Of a DNA stretch of 64,000 nucleotides, positions 47,388 through 57,199 are shown piece by piece. The stretch lies in the IMG/VR virus record IMGVR_UViG_3300042691_028844, positions 1 to 64,000 of that record. One strand, written 5' to 3'. A model generated the notes under the pieces. The model made no database searches. It was not told where the DNA came from and saw only the letters and a program-made list of their open reading frames with translations. Position 1 is the first letter of the stretch. Every line of letters begins with the position of its first letter. Source of the stretch: a virus. The position numbers were made by a program, and so were the translations under genes.

Positions 47388-47690
47388 ATGGAACCATTTA
47401 CTGGTTTAACCCGTCCTGAGGATCTGGTTGGCGTTTTAACCGAGCGTGGATCTAGATACGGTGCTTTCATGGGCCACGCGGGTGTCACTTGCAAGCTGAA
47501 AGACGTTATCCGCGCTGAGCTTAACCACCGTTCTAAACAACTTGAGGTAGATCAATTAGAGGCTTTAGATATGATTTGTCATAAAATCGGACGAATTATT
47601 AATGGAGATGCCGACTATGACGACAGTTGGCGGGATATTGCTGGATATTCTATGCTTGTTTGTGATCGTTTAAACGGAATTGTTCGCTAA
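47388..47690 (+). CDS. DUF6378-like phage protein
   Basis: ERG.RYG.F...EALDMI.HKIGRI.NGD..Y.DSW.DIAGY. Confidence 0.75.
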   Translation: MEPFTGLTRPEDLVGVLTERGSRYGAFMGHAGVTCKLKDVIRAELNHRSKQLEVDQLEALDMICHKIGRIINGDADYDDSWRDIAGYSMLVCDRLNGIVR

Positions 47691-47737
47691 CTCTTCCTGG
47701 TTAAACTCGATAGACTGTTTTTAAGTAGAGCTTTTTT

Positions 47738-48031
47738 ATGGATTTTCGCGCTTTCGGCACCACGTATCCTTACTCTGGTACGGTCCCCTTCACGAGCGGT
47801 TTCGGCATGGTGCCGCATGCTTCTGGCGGAGGAGAAGCACACTTTGCTTCCTGTAGAGCACTGTTTATTGAGGCGAAGTCAGGCGGTAGCGGAGGCTTTC
47901 TCGCTGTGGAGATGACGGACGCACCTAATCAGATCATACGGGCACAAAACCTTAAAGGGGATCAACTGTATCCTATCTCTTGTATCGCTATTCACAGCGG
48001 TGACGTTGCTGGCGTGTTTGTTCTTTACTGA
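47738..48031 (+). CDS. Small beta-rich structural-type protein
   Basis: ORF track. Confidence 0.65.
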   Translation: MDFRAFGTTYPYSGTVPFTSGFGMVPHASGGGEAHFASCRALFIEAKSGGSGGFLAVEMTDAPNQIIRAQNLKGDQLYPISCIAIHSGDVAGVFVLY

Positions 48032-48052
48032 TTTCTCTGCTGAGGAGGGTTT

Positions 48053-48280
48053 ATGTCCGAAATAGCGAAGAAAAAGCACCCTGAAAAGTGGGCTAGAGCT
48101 AAGGCTAAAGCCCGCGCAAAACTCGGCGGCCATAGCGCTAGAGCTATGCAGCTCGCCACAAAGTACTACAAGGACATGGGAGGTGAGTATTCGGGTAGAA
48201 AATCCGGTGAAAATCGTCTCTCTCGCTGGTCTAAGGAAGATTGGCAGACGAAGGAAGAGTATGAGTCGAACAAAGACTGA
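48053..48280 (+). CDS. Small basic protein (SAR.MQLA..YYK..GG.Y...L.RW.KE.W)
   Basis: ORF track. Confidence 0.7.
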   Translation: MSEIAKKKHPEKWARAKAKARAKLGGHSARAMQLATKYYKDMGGEYSGRKSGENRLSRWSKEDWQTKEEYESNKD

Positions 48281-48282
48281 AA

Positions 48283-48501
48283 ATGGCTGATTTAGCTAGG
48301 GAGAAAGGGCGGACTGAACGTTATTTACCTCGTTCAGCTTGGGCTCAACTCAGCCCAGAGGAGCGTCGAGCGACGGATGAAAAGAAAAAGAGGGCCACGG
48401 CTGGCGATAAACCAGTGAATACCCGCGTGGCTAATACCGAAGCAGCCAAAAGAGCTCGCGCAAAAGCATCAGAGTACATCCGACGCAAATCTCAAGCCTA
48501 A
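48283..48501 (+). CDS. Small basic protein (ERYLP.SAW..LS.EE..AT..KK)
   Basis: ORF track. Confidence 0.7.
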   Translation: MADLAREKGRTERYLPRSAWAQLSPEERRATDEKKKRATAGDKPVNTRVANTEAAKRARAKASEYIRRKSQA

Positions 48502-48503
48502 AA

Positions 48504-48737
48504 ATGGAACCTTCCTCTAGTTCTGCTCGATATTTTCTTCGCGGTTACGTAGAAAAACCTAAGGATGAGCAGGGCGAGCAGCAATCTTTCGGGGCTGAGC
48601 CCGAAGAACCCTCTAAATTTGAGTCCCCGGAAGATTATCTGAACGAGGGGCCGAATATTGCGGACGTTGAGGAGGTCAAAGACCACTTAATCGAGAAAGC
48701 TCAGGCCGCGAAACGGGTATCTGCCCCCTACGCCTAG
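48504..48737 (+). CDS. Small acidic protein (FLxxYV motif)
   Basis: ORF track. Confidence 0.6.
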   Translation: MEPSSSSARYFLRGYVEKPKDEQGEQQSFGAEPEEPSKFESPEDYLNEGPNIADVEEVKDHLIEKAQAAKRVSAPYA

Positions 48738-48787
48738 CGTATTCCGTAAAAACCGTCCTAGTATGCTGCTAGCTCGCACCTGGCGCC

Positions 48788-49633
48788 GTGCTTTTTGACT
48801 GTTTTTTGTATTTCAACGAACGTGAACTGCTAGAACTGCGTTACGAGATACTCAAAGACGTTGTAGACGGCTTTATTATCACAGACGCTAACAGAACTTT
48901 CAAAGGAGATCCTAAACCTTTTACTTGCGTTGATACTCTCCGCGAGCTGGGGATCCCTGAGGACAAAGTTCAGGTTCTACACGTTGAACTTCCCTCAAAG
49001 GAAGAGATTTTTGATCCATGGGTGAGGGAATACGCCCAAAGGGATGCTCTCGCCGTGGGTATGCGGATGACCCCTCCCGACTCGGTGTTTTTCTTCAGCG
49101 ATGTTGACGAAATTCCTCGCCCAGAAGCGTTACTAGACGCCGCTAAGATCGCTCAAAGGTCCCCAGATCGCTGTATACGCTTATCAATGCCTATGTTTTA
49201 TGGGCGTGGCGATCTGCGGGTGGTGAATCCAAACGGTCGCGATTCGGAAGCACCAAATAATTGGGTTTGCGGCACAATTGTTTTACATGATCATCTACAC
49301 CAAACACTTTCGCAAATTCGTCGTAACCCACGCGATGTTGTTTACGGCTATTGCGACGCCGGGTGGCACTTCTCCTGGATGGGTGACTCAAATCGTTTGA
49401 AAACTAAGGTACAGTCGTTCTCTCACTGTTACGACGACATTCCTAATTCCGTGGCCCCAGCCGACAGTCAAGAATTGCTTGATTTTATGGATCAGTATAA
49501 GGCTGTTGAAGGCGCTACAGATCCGTTAGGGCGCACAGATCACATTCTGGTTAACTACCCGCATGAGCTTTTGCCTCCTGAGCTGTTTAGAATGGATCGA
49601 GTCAGAGATTTTCTGCTCCCGACTGTAGATTGA
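48788..49633 (+). CDS. GT17-like glycosyltransferase (GlcNAc-transferase III type)
   Basis: DCFLYFNE.ELLELR, QRD, SDVDEIP, AGWHFSW. Confidence 0.85.
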   Translation: MLFDCFLYFNERELLELRYEILKDVVDGFIITDANRTFKGDPKPFTCVDTLRELGIPEDKVQVLHVELPSKEEIFDPWVREYAQRDALAVGMRMTPPDSVFFFSDVDEIPRPEALLDAAKIAQRSPDRCIRLSMPMFYGRGDLRVVNPNGRDSEAPNNWVCGTIVLHDHLHQTLSQIRRNPRDVVYGYCDAGWHFSWMGDSNRLKTKVQSFSHCYDDIPNSVAPADSQELLDFMDQYKAVEGATDPLGRTDHILVNYPHELLPPELFRMDRVRDFLLPTVD

Positions 49634-49654
49634 ACGTAAGAGGATCCGGATCTA

Positions 49655-51883
49655 ATGCCTTCAGATAATCTGAGTGTCCGCAGTCGATTTTCAGAAATTC
49701 TGGAGGCTGCTAGAACCCAAGATCGTAGTAAACAGTCTACGACGATGGTTGTTCTCAGCCATCTTCAGCAGATGACGCTGCTGATGCTTAAAAAAGGACT
49801 ATATTTTTATTGTGAACAAGATACCTATAATGCTCGAACTCGTTTTCTTCAAGATTTAATCGAGTTAAATAGATTAGACATACGGTTTCCCGCAATTATC
49901 CGGAATTTTTTGATTGACGGCTGCGGATTGTTCTATTTCCGTCCTGACGTTAAGTTAAAGTACCAAATTTATTTCTTTAATAAAAATCAATATAAGGTTT
50001 ATCATGATGTAAACGGTAATATAGAGGAAGTCGTAATTCTTTATAGCTACCAAGTTAGAGGATCCTTGTTGGGTCTTCCCGGTGACTCGACGAACCAAAA
50101 CAAGCGTTATGTTCGGTTGTCTCTGACCTCTGAATTCATATCAGAGTATGAATCAAATACCGAACTCAGTTTTGATTTAGAACCAGGCGGAATTATCAGT
50201 CCAAAGAGTAAAAAACCCAACGGTTTAGGGTTCATTCCCGCCGTGGAGGTTCTGAATAAGCCGAACTCCAGCGGAACTGAAGGCGAAGGGGACTTTGAGC
50301 AGTTCATGGAAGCGGTTGTGCTCCATGACCAGATGATGAGCACTATTGCCAAGAATATTGAGTTCTTCGGTAATCCCACGCTTGTCAGCTCCCGTCCCAG
50401 AAGTGATCTGGTCGAAGCTTCGGATGCTGAGCGCAATTTCAGACCGACTATTAGTAGTCAGAGCGGTTTTGCGGGGCCGGATTCTCCGTCCACGCGTGTG
50501 TCGGAGCCATTCGGCGCATCTTCTGCGCTCGGGGGTCTCCGTGTTCCACGGATTATTGCGAACGTTGAGCCAACGGATCGAGTCGGTTTCATTACGCCCG
50601 ACCCGGTTAACGGAGATATGAACCGTTACTCTCTCCTGTTACGGGAAGAGATTCGAACGGCTCTCGGAGGTGTCGACGAAATTTCTGTGTCGGCTGGTGC
50701 AACCGCGACGGAAATTAAGGGTCTCATGGGTCGGGCTCAGGCCACGGCGCTCCGTAAGAACAAGAGCTTCCTGAATTACGGATTCTGTAAACTCTTGGAG
50801 ATGATTATTTATCACCAAGAGAATGTATTTAGAGAGAGTTTTGCAGAAATTACTGGGCTGAAAGCTCCGCAGCCTCCGGCTGAAGAAACTGAAGAAAGCG
50901 TCACTCTTTATCAAACGAAGCTGGCTAAGTTTGAGGCCAAGCTTGACGCCGCTATTCAAAAAGCAACTCAAGAAGGGAAAGTCCCTCGGGGCGTCTACGG
51001 TCTTCCTCCGGATGGGGATCGTAAAGTTTCCTATCGTTTCCAAGGTGACGTTTACGAAGACACGGCCTACGACATTAATCAGAAGTCGATTGTCGTTCGT
51101 AACCTTCAAGAACTTGGCGTGGATAGCGTCGAAGCTCTTAAGTACCTCTTCCCTGATAAGACTGACAGTGAGCGGGCTGAGATGTTGAAGGGGTTCCCCT
51201 TCCGAATGATTCAGCAGACTCAGAGCGCTTTTCAACAATTTCTATTATTATTGAATCAGATGTTGCAAGTGCCACATCCGCTTCAGCCGAATCAACCGCT
51301 TGCGGCTGATCCCCGGCTAAATCTAACGGCCCTTCTTTATAGGACGTTTGATCACCTTGCGCAAGAACTGACTTACTCGGGCAGCTATGAGCCAGCAGAT
51401 CCCAGCTTCGATCCCGAGCCCGGTATCCCCGGCGGTAGCTCCCTCGCAGGCAGCGCCAATGGCGGATATGGGCGCGGGCAACTACCCACAATGGGTAGCA
51501 CATACCCAGGCGGCACCTTCGGCAACTATGCCGCAAATGCCGTCGCCGGGAACACCGGTTTCGGTCCCTTCTACCAGCAACCAGTCCAGCCAGTCTCAGT
51601 CCAGCTTCTCCCCGAACAATCCGTGGGAAGCGGCTATGAGCAGCCTGGAGCGGGTGGTTTCCCGGATCTCGCCGTCCCCCAGCCAGACAGCACAGTATCC
51701 TTCGTACCAAACGGCGCAGCCGGGTACAACACAGTACAATCCGAGTTTACAGGCCCAACCGGCGCAATATCCGGTGGCCCAGGCTCCGCAGACCTCGTAC
51801 AGCAACGGCTATACGACCCCAACTTCCTCTCGGGGTTCTACGGAAACACCGCAGCTCAGCGCGGAAACCGCCGCCGTCGTTAA
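49655..51883 (+). CDS. Portal protein with long low-complexity C-terminal extension
   Basis: Size, position after TerL, helical portal-like core. Confidence 0.75.
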   Translation: MPSDNLSVRSRFSEILEAARTQDRSKQSTTMVVLSHLQQMTLLMLKKGLYFYCEQDTYNARTRFLQDLIELNRLDIRFPAIIRNFLIDGCGLFYFRPDVKLKYQIYFFNKNQYKVYHDVNGNIEEVVILYSYQVRGSLLGLPGDSTNQNKRYVRLSLTSEFISEYESNTELSFDLEPGGIISPKSKKPNGLGFIPAVEVLNKPNSSGTEGEGDFEQFMEAVVLHDQMMSTIAKNIEFFGNPTLVSSRPRSDLVEASDAERNFRPTISSQSGFAGPDSPSTRVSEPFGASSALGGLRVPRIIANVEPTDRVGFITPDPVNGDMNRYSLLLREEIRTALGGVDEISVSAGATATEIKGLMGRAQATALRKNKSFLNYGFCKLLEMIIYHQENVFRESFAEITGLKAPQPPAEETEESVTLYQTKLAKFEAKLDAAIQKATQEGKVPRGVYGLPPDGDRKVSYRFQGDVYEDTAYDINQKSIVVRNLQELGVDSVEALKYLFPDKTDSERAEMLKGFPFRMIQQTQSAFQQFLLLLNQMLQVPHPLQPNQPLAADPRLNLTALLYRTFDHLAQELTYSGSYEPADPSFDPEPGIPGGSSLAGSANGGYGRGQLPTMGSTYPGGTFGNYAANAVAGNTGFGPFYQQPVQPVSVQLLPEQSVGSGYEQPGAGGFPDLAVPQPDSTVSFVPNGAAGYNTVQSEFTGPTGAISGGPGSADLVQQRLYDPNFLSGFYGNTAAQRGNRRRR

Positions 51884-52325
51884 TCACTTCGGCATTGAGG
51901 CTCCCGGCATTCTGAATCAGTATGCCACGACCCTCGAAGATGCTCTGATTCAGCAGCAAGCTGTGCTCGAAAGTGTGGCCTCTCGTGCCGCTGCTATGGA
52001 GCACATTCTGACTGACGGTGAGCAGCTCGCTGATTACACCAATCGGTATTTCACTGATGTAGAGCCCATCGATATCGATGAGGCCATTACTGCAGTGACT
52101 CCTGATTACGGTTACCAGCAAAATGCTGAGTACACCCCCCGCTACGATCAGGTTCCCTCTATTCCCGCTAACGCGTCTGCTGGCTCCCGCCCCGTGGATC
52201 CCCAGACTCAGTGGAACGGTTTTGGTAACGTTATGAACCAGAGCCCCGATCAGGCTTGGCGCTATCTGTCTCAGATGAGCCCCGATGCTATCCGTAGCAA
52301 GCTTTTGTTTATGGATCAGGCTTGA
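51387..52325 (+). CDS. Capsid scaffolding protein (putative)
   Basis: Q/P/S-rich N-terminus, helical core, between portal and capsid, followed by terminator. Confidence 0.65.
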   Translation: MSQQIPASIPSPVSPAVAPSQAAPMADMGAGNYPQWVAHTQAAPSATMPQMPSPGTPVSVPSTSNQSSQSQSSFSPNNPWEAAMSSLERVVSRISPSPSQTAQYPSYQTAQPGTTQYNPSLQAQPAQYPVAQAPQTSYSNGYTTPTSSRGSTETPQLSAETAAVVNHFGIEAPGILNQYATTLEDALIQQQAVLESVASRAAAMEHILTDGEQLADYTNRYFTDVEPIDIDEAITAVTPDYGYQQNAEYTPRYDQVPSIPANASAGSRPVDPQTQWNGFGNVMNQSPDQAWRYLSQMSPDAIRSKLLFMDQA

Positions 52326-52351
52326 TAGACTGGTTCTGGAATATCGAACTT

Positions 52352-52379
52352 AGGCCCCGTGAAAACGGGGTCTTTTTTT
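52352..52379 (+). terminator. Intrinsic terminator
   Basis: AGGCCCCGT-GAAA-ACGGGGTCT plus T tract. Confidence 0.85.
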
Positions 52380-52424
52380 GTTTGTTACTTTTCAGCTAAT
52401 ATGTAGAAAGACTTGACCCGTACG

Positions 52425-52682
52425 ATGCCTTTTAAATCTGAGGCGCAACGCCGCAAATTTCACGCAATGGCTGACCGTGGCGAAATGCCTAGAAGCAAGG
52501 TAGACGAGTATGAAAGAGCGTCTAAAGGGGATATTCCTGAACGCGTAGGGGTTGAGAAACGAGAAATGAAAAGGAAGGCAAAGAAAAAAGCCCGCAAAAA
52601 ACTTATGCGGACTGAGCAGCGAGAGACTAAACAAGAGGCTAGAAGCGGTGCCCCCGTGGCCGACACAGCTTCAAACGCTTAA
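52425..52682 (+). CDS. Small basic protein (MPFKSEAQRR motif)
   Basis: ORF track; common phage N-terminal motif. Confidence 0.75.
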   Translation: MPFKSEAQRRKFHAMADRGEMPRSKVDEYERASKGDIPERVGVEKREMKRKAKKKARKKLMRTEQRETKQEARSGAPVADTASNA

Positions 52683-52704
52683 TTTCTTTACTCGGTAATT
52701 TCTA

Positions 52705-52929
52705 ATGCCTAACTCCATTGATCGTCGCCGTTTACAGACTCCTGCCGGTGTCTCGGATGAGGTAGAAAAACTCAAGGCCGAACTTGAGACTTTGCGGAAA
52801 TTGTATCTGCAGGATATGGCTAATGTCAGCCGGGACATGCTGAGCCTTAGCGAACAGATTACTGCGCCCGCTGTGGCCGAGACCCTAGCGGATGACGAAA
52901 GCACGCCTCCGAGTAACTTGATCAATTAA
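52705..52929 (+). CDS. Small coiled-coil protein
   Basis: ORF track. Confidence 0.65.
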   Translation: MPNSIDRRRLQTPAGVSDEVEKLKAELETLRKLYLQDMANVSRDMLSLSEQITAPAVAETLADDESTPPSNLIN

Positions 52930-52938
52930 GGGCGCGCG

Positions 52939-54522
52939 GTGGCTTACCTTCCACTCCGTAATTATAAATACGACTCGGGTCCGCATCGGATACAATCCGG
53001 TCCTGATCATGAAGGATATATTGTAATTACACAGGGAGTTCAATCAACAGGGGCTGACAACGGAATTATCGTCGACGGCACACCCCTTAGTGGCGTGGTT
53101 GGGTCCGGTCAACGATGGGGGTATGATGCAAATTGGCGTTATGTCCCAACGTCAGCCCCTTCGCTGAGCGGACGACTTACCCCAACTTTACGGCAGCCAA
53201 GCGGAACTTTAGGGTCTTATACGTTCACCAGAATCTCTACTCCAACTAATGTCGCTGGGGTTAAAGTTGTTAGCTCTGTTGAATCCGACACGACTTTTAA
53301 GAATCTAAGAAAAAGAAAATCAGTTTATTACGGAGGAGCTTGTCCTGATAATCAAAACTACTCTCCTTTCAATACACCAGAAGGTAATACAGCTGCTGAA
53401 GGTAAAACGGGCGGAGGCGTTACCCACCCGCTGTACGAGAGTCCGTTATTAACTAATGTTTTAGGTGGCCAGGGTACGTCTGACAGAAGTGAATGGCAAT
53501 ATAGTTCTCCTGTATATTGTGCTGTATTTACAGAAGCTAAGCGATCAGAGACCCCTGGGGTAATGTCCGGTGTTATTAGGAGCACTTATCGGGGCGGGTC
53601 TTTAAGCTATTTAACGAACTACGGAAACGTAGTATTAGGAGGTCGGCAGTTTTCCGGCGGCGGCGGCGGCGGCGGCGACGATCTTTATGAAGAAGAGATT
53701 GATGGAGGTTTTGGGGAGTGGGTCGAGGAAGATTTCTCGACTTGTACACCTTATACTCCGGAGTTACCTTCTAATAACAATGAATACCCCAACCCCGCGA
53801 CCGTATACGTAGGGGATATTTTAACTGCCAACTTTTTAACTGGGGAAATTAACGGAGCTTTATTCTGCGAGGACTCTTCTATAGAGTGGTATAGTGACCG
53901 TGACGGCTATTTAGGGTCTGGCGAAACGTATCTTGTTCCGGCGGCTAATATAGGCTCCAGTATATATTACGAAGTTACTTACGAAAACGATGAGATTCTA
54001 CCATCCCCACTTACTGATCCTGTAGCGTATCCTCTTCCTTTTCCGCCCTGTGCAATTACAGATATACGCGCTATTGCCGTAAGACCGTCGAATGTCGCGG
54101 CTTGGCCGGTAGGGACTTACGACCCTTGTGGACGTAATGAAATGCAGTTTGAGGCTTTCGGGACCAAATTTAACCCGGATAGCTGCGCTCGTGAATCATT
54201 TTACTCAGTTATCGGTTTTCCTGTTATAGACATTGGGGTTGGGCAGGTCGTGTGGCCCGCGCTCCCTGTCTTAGACAATGACCTTTGTGAGAATTATACA
54301 ATTCAAACGTACGAGGTTACCAGAGTATACCTTTCAAATCTAATAGGGAGTGTAACTGGAGCGTTTTTATTCCTGAGGACGCAGAGAGGATTAGATGGCT
54401 ACGTTACATGGACTGCAGCTATTCGCCCGATGAATCCCTCGGGACTATATGTCAGACCGTTCCCACAACCAGGGGAGACCGTATATGGTGAGGCACCTTT
54501 CATACCCTCAGTTTCCGGTTAA
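52939..54522 (+). CDS. Putative virion protein with Gly7 linker and Ig-like/Cys-rich C-terminal half
   Basis: ORF track; VGDILTA..W.SD...G.GETY.V...IG..I pattern. Confidence 0.65.
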   Translation: MAYLPLRNYKYDSGPHRIQSGPDHEGYIVITQGVQSTGADNGIIVDGTPLSGVVGSGQRWGYDANWRYVPTSAPSLSGRLTPTLRQPSGTLGSYTFTRISTPTNVAGVKVVSSVESDTTFKNLRKRKSVYYGGACPDNQNYSPFNTPEGNTAAEGKTGGGVTHPLYESPLLTNVLGGQGTSDRSEWQYSSPVYCAVFTEAKRSETPGVMSGVIRSTYRGGSLSYLTNYGNVVLGGRQFSGGGGGGGDDLYEEEIDGGFGEWVEEDFSTCTPYTPELPSNNNEYPNPATVYVGDILTANFLTGEINGALFCEDSSIEWYSDRDGYLGSGETYLVPAANIGSSIYYEVTYENDEILPSPLTDPVAYPLPFPPCAITDIRAIAVRPSNVAAWPVGTYDPCGRNEMQFEAFGTKFNPDSCARESFYSVIGFPVIDIGVGQVVWPALPVLDNDLCENYTIQTYEVTRVYLSNLIGSVTGAFLFLRTQRGLDGYVTWTAAIRPMNPSGLYVRPFPQPGETVYGEAPFIPSVSG

Positions 54523-54655
54523 AGCCTCTCCGATCTTTGATTTGATTCTCCGTCCTTAAAACCGTTAAAATAAACGCGGAACTTGCGACAAAATCTTTGT
54601 TTAATAGGGTTAGGTTTGGTTAAACTTAACGTGTAGTTCTTCGGGGGTTGGCGCT

Positions 54656-55771
54656 TTGTTCGTCGACAATGATTTTCCGAAGCTGCTCGGCGCCGAATTA
54701 TACCGTCCGCATCCTGCGTACGTTGTAGAAATGGCGGCTGAGCCCGTGGTTGTTCACGACTTTAGTAAGCAACCGGGCCAGACTGTGCAGCTTGACCGCT
54801 ATAGATTCTGGGGCAATCCTGGGTCTAAAGAATCGCGTGAGCGTACGGCAGAACAGACCATCGGTACTGCGAACAGCAGGAACATTGTCAAGGACAAAGT
54901 TCTTGTGACTCTTCGCGAGTACACTGGTCCTGCTGACCCTGGCGATCCTACTCAGCCTAGCACTTTCAAGATTGCTAGAGAGACCTTAATTACCGCTCAA
55001 AGATTACTTTTAGACACAGGTAATCTTACAGCGTTCCATCAATCTATTGGTTCTCTAACTCTCTTAGATGACTATAGAAGATGGCGCGACCGGGTGTTCA
55101 TTAACGAACTCCTGAAAGCTGTCTCGAAGGGTCAATCGTCTGACACCCAAGGTGGTTACTACTACCCTGGCGATTTAGCTGTTGGCGCCCTCACCTATAC
55201 CAACGCCGAACAAGCCAAGTTCGACGTTAAGGACGACCTGCTCCGCGTGGTTAAGAGCCTGCGTAAGCGCAACGTTCCTACGTATCAGGACGGTTTCTAT
55301 CGCTGTGTATGCGATCCGACCTTCCTTATGCACCTTAGACAGAATAGCGACTTCCGTGAGGTGGCTCGTTATCCTGGTAACGGGCAAATTAACCCGCTCA
55401 TGTCTTCGATGCAGCCCAACGCTGCCATCTACATGGGCCAAGGTTTCGGCCAAGCTACCTTTGTAGCAGGTGAGCCGATTATGCCCACCGGCTTCGTGTT
55501 TGAGGGAGTTCGCTTCTTCGAATCCACGAACATGCCGTCTCAGTCTCAGACTGCTTCGATTGCTGGTGCTAGCGCCTCTTACGAAGCAGCTGTTGGTATG
55601 TTCTTCGGCCCTCAAGCCGTAGGCGTAGGCATTGGTGGCAACAACGCTCAAGTGTTGTTGAATAATAATGACGATTTCAGTCGTTTCATCATGATGATCT
55701 GGTCTCTTTATGCCGGATTTGAACTGCTGAACGCTGACTTCGCCACCATCAGTTATTCCTTCAACGCTTGA
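54656..55771 (+). CDS. Major capsid protein (HK97 fold; N4-gp56-like)
   Basis: Size, position, DF.K.PGQTV, strong C/T-ending codon bias, G.RFFES.N; TTG start. Confidence 0.85.
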   Translation: MFVDNDFPKLLGAELYRPHPAYVVEMAAEPVVVHDFSKQPGQTVQLDRYRFWGNPGSKESRERTAEQTIGTANSRNIVKDKVLVTLREYTGPADPGDPTQPSTFKIARETLITAQRLLLDTGNLTAFHQSIGSLTLLDDYRRWRDRVFINELLKAVSKGQSSDTQGGYYYPGDLAVGALTYTNAEQAKFDVKDDLLRVVKSLRKRNVPTYQDGFYRCVCDPTFLMHLRQNSDFREVARYPGNGQINPLMSSMQPNAAIYMGQGFGQATFVAGEPIMPTGFVFEGVRFFESTNMPSQSQTASIAGASASYEAAVGMFFGPQAVGVGIGGNNAQVLLNNNDDFSRFIMMIWSLYAGFELLNADFATISYSFNA

Positions 55772-55786
55772 TAGGAGGTATTAACG

Positions 55787-56656
55787 ATGGCTATTAACGC
55801 AAACCAGCTTGCAGTTACCCGGATTTATCCCGGTAACTACACCAACGTGCTGAAGTATTGGCACGAAACCAAGACCGTTACGTATTTAAACGAGAACGGT
55901 ACTAGCCAGACCCTGACGGATCAACCCGTGGGCGGCCCTGTCGGCGTGGTCTTCCGCCCCGGCTGGATTGCTCAGCAGGCTGTTGGCTATGTGGACCTTT
56001 CGTATCAAGCGTTAGGTTCTATCAACCAAATGGAGTATTACACTACTCCTTACGCTTCTGGCGGCGCGTCTAACAAACCGTTTACTAACGGCACTGCGAT
56101 TATCCCTTCCCCGGATTATCACAAAGACATCCGCGCCGACATCACCACCGGCATCAAAGTGCCTTCCGGCGCTTATGTGTACCGTGTGGGTCTCCGTGTT
56201 GACGGCGGCGATGTGGTCAGCAGCGGTGTGGTTGGCGGTGTTTCCTCTCCGAAGCTGGGTCTCGGCCCTGGTCTCGGCATTGGTCTCTCTGAAACTCCTT
56301 CCGCTAGCGGCTTCTACGCAACTGTTGTCGGTTCCAACAGCCGGATCACGAACGGTACGTGGAATTCCAGTAATGCCTGGAATGCCGCAAACATGCACCG
56401 TGTGACGGCTGAGACTGAGTACGCTCTGGCCACCGTGGGCAACCTCGGCGGCGCTGCAGCGTCCGGTCTGGCCCAGGCTTCGGGTGTTTATGACCCCCGT
56501 GCAGGTGTCGGTAAACTGTCCGGTCGCAATAAAGCCCTCGCTATTTGCGAGGTTTGCTGGCTGCTTCCTGACGAAACCCCGAACCGCGAAAGCCTTGGGC
56601 TTCAACCTGGCGGTGTGGTGGAGTCCAGCATTTACACTTCCACCTCTCCCACCTGA
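55787..56656 (+). CDS. Abundant structural protein (decoration/minor capsid)
   Basis: Strong SD (AGGAGG), high-expression codon bias, follows MCP. Confidence 0.7.
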   Translation: MAINANQLAVTRIYPGNYTNVLKYWHETKTVTYLNENGTSQTLTDQPVGGPVGVVFRPGWIAQQAVGYVDLSYQALGSINQMEYYTTPYASGGASNKPFTNGTAIIPSPDYHKDIRADITTGIKVPSGAYVYRVGLRVDGGDVVSSGVVGGVSSPKLGLGPGLGIGLSETPSASGFYATVVGSNSRITNGTWNSSNAWNAANMHRVTAETEYALATVGNLGGAAASGLAQASGVYDPRAGVGKLSGRNKALAICEVCWLLPDETPNRESLGLQPGGVVESSIYTSTSPT

Positions 56657-56699
56657 GATTAGGTTTAATCTCAAATTTATCTCCGGTTACGGAGTTTTT

Positions 56700-56723
56700 A
56701 CCCCTCTCTACGAGGGGTTTTTT
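56700..56723 (+). terminator. Intrinsic terminator
   Basis: ACCCCTC/GAGGGGT plus T tract. Confidence 0.85.
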
Positions 56724-56764
56724 ATTGCGGAGGGCTATACTAAGGCTTAGCCAATAGCTTCATA

Positions 56765-57199
56765 ATGACAGTCACTGCCGTGAAAGAATTTACCTACGTT
56801 CCGAACGGTGTGAAAGTTACCGTTCTCAGTACTCACGATGATGGTGAGTACTACATGGTTCGTTCCATCACTACTGGCAAAGTTTTTTACGCACACAAGA
56901 ATCAAATTGTTGAAAAAGATGTAGAAGAGGAGCTTGACGAAAAACCCGTTAAGCGTCGCCGGGGTCGGCAAATTGTTCGGCCCGAGTCGCCGGCTTTTAC
57001 ACGCATCAACATCAACAGCGCGCCTCCAGAGCTGTTAACTCAGATTCTTAACGGGGTTGGAATGAAGACCGCCGTGGCGATTAAAGAGCTTCAGCAGTCC
57101 TTGCCTGGCGAGCGGTTCACCAAACTGGATCAATTAAAGAGTATTTCGGGCATCGACTGGGATGTCGTCCTTGAGGGAGATATTGCTTATGTCGAATGA
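56765..57199 (+). CDS. Helix-hairpin-helix (ComEA-like) DNA-binding domain protein
   Basis: ININSA..E.L...L.GVG.KTA..I...F..LDQL..I.GI. Confidence 0.8.
   Translation: MTVTAVKEFTYVPNGVKVTVLSTHDDGEYYMVRSITTGKVFYAHKNQIVEKDVEEELDEKPVKRRRGRQIVRPESPAFTRININSAPPELLTQILNGVGMKTAVAIKELQQSLPGERFTKLDQLKSISGIDWDVVLEGDIAYVE

Noticed and set aside
50107-56674. Long minus-strand ORFs opposite portal and capsid genes (e.g. 50639-51238, 56012-56674)
   Set aside because: Antisense shadows caused by codon bias of highly expressed genes.
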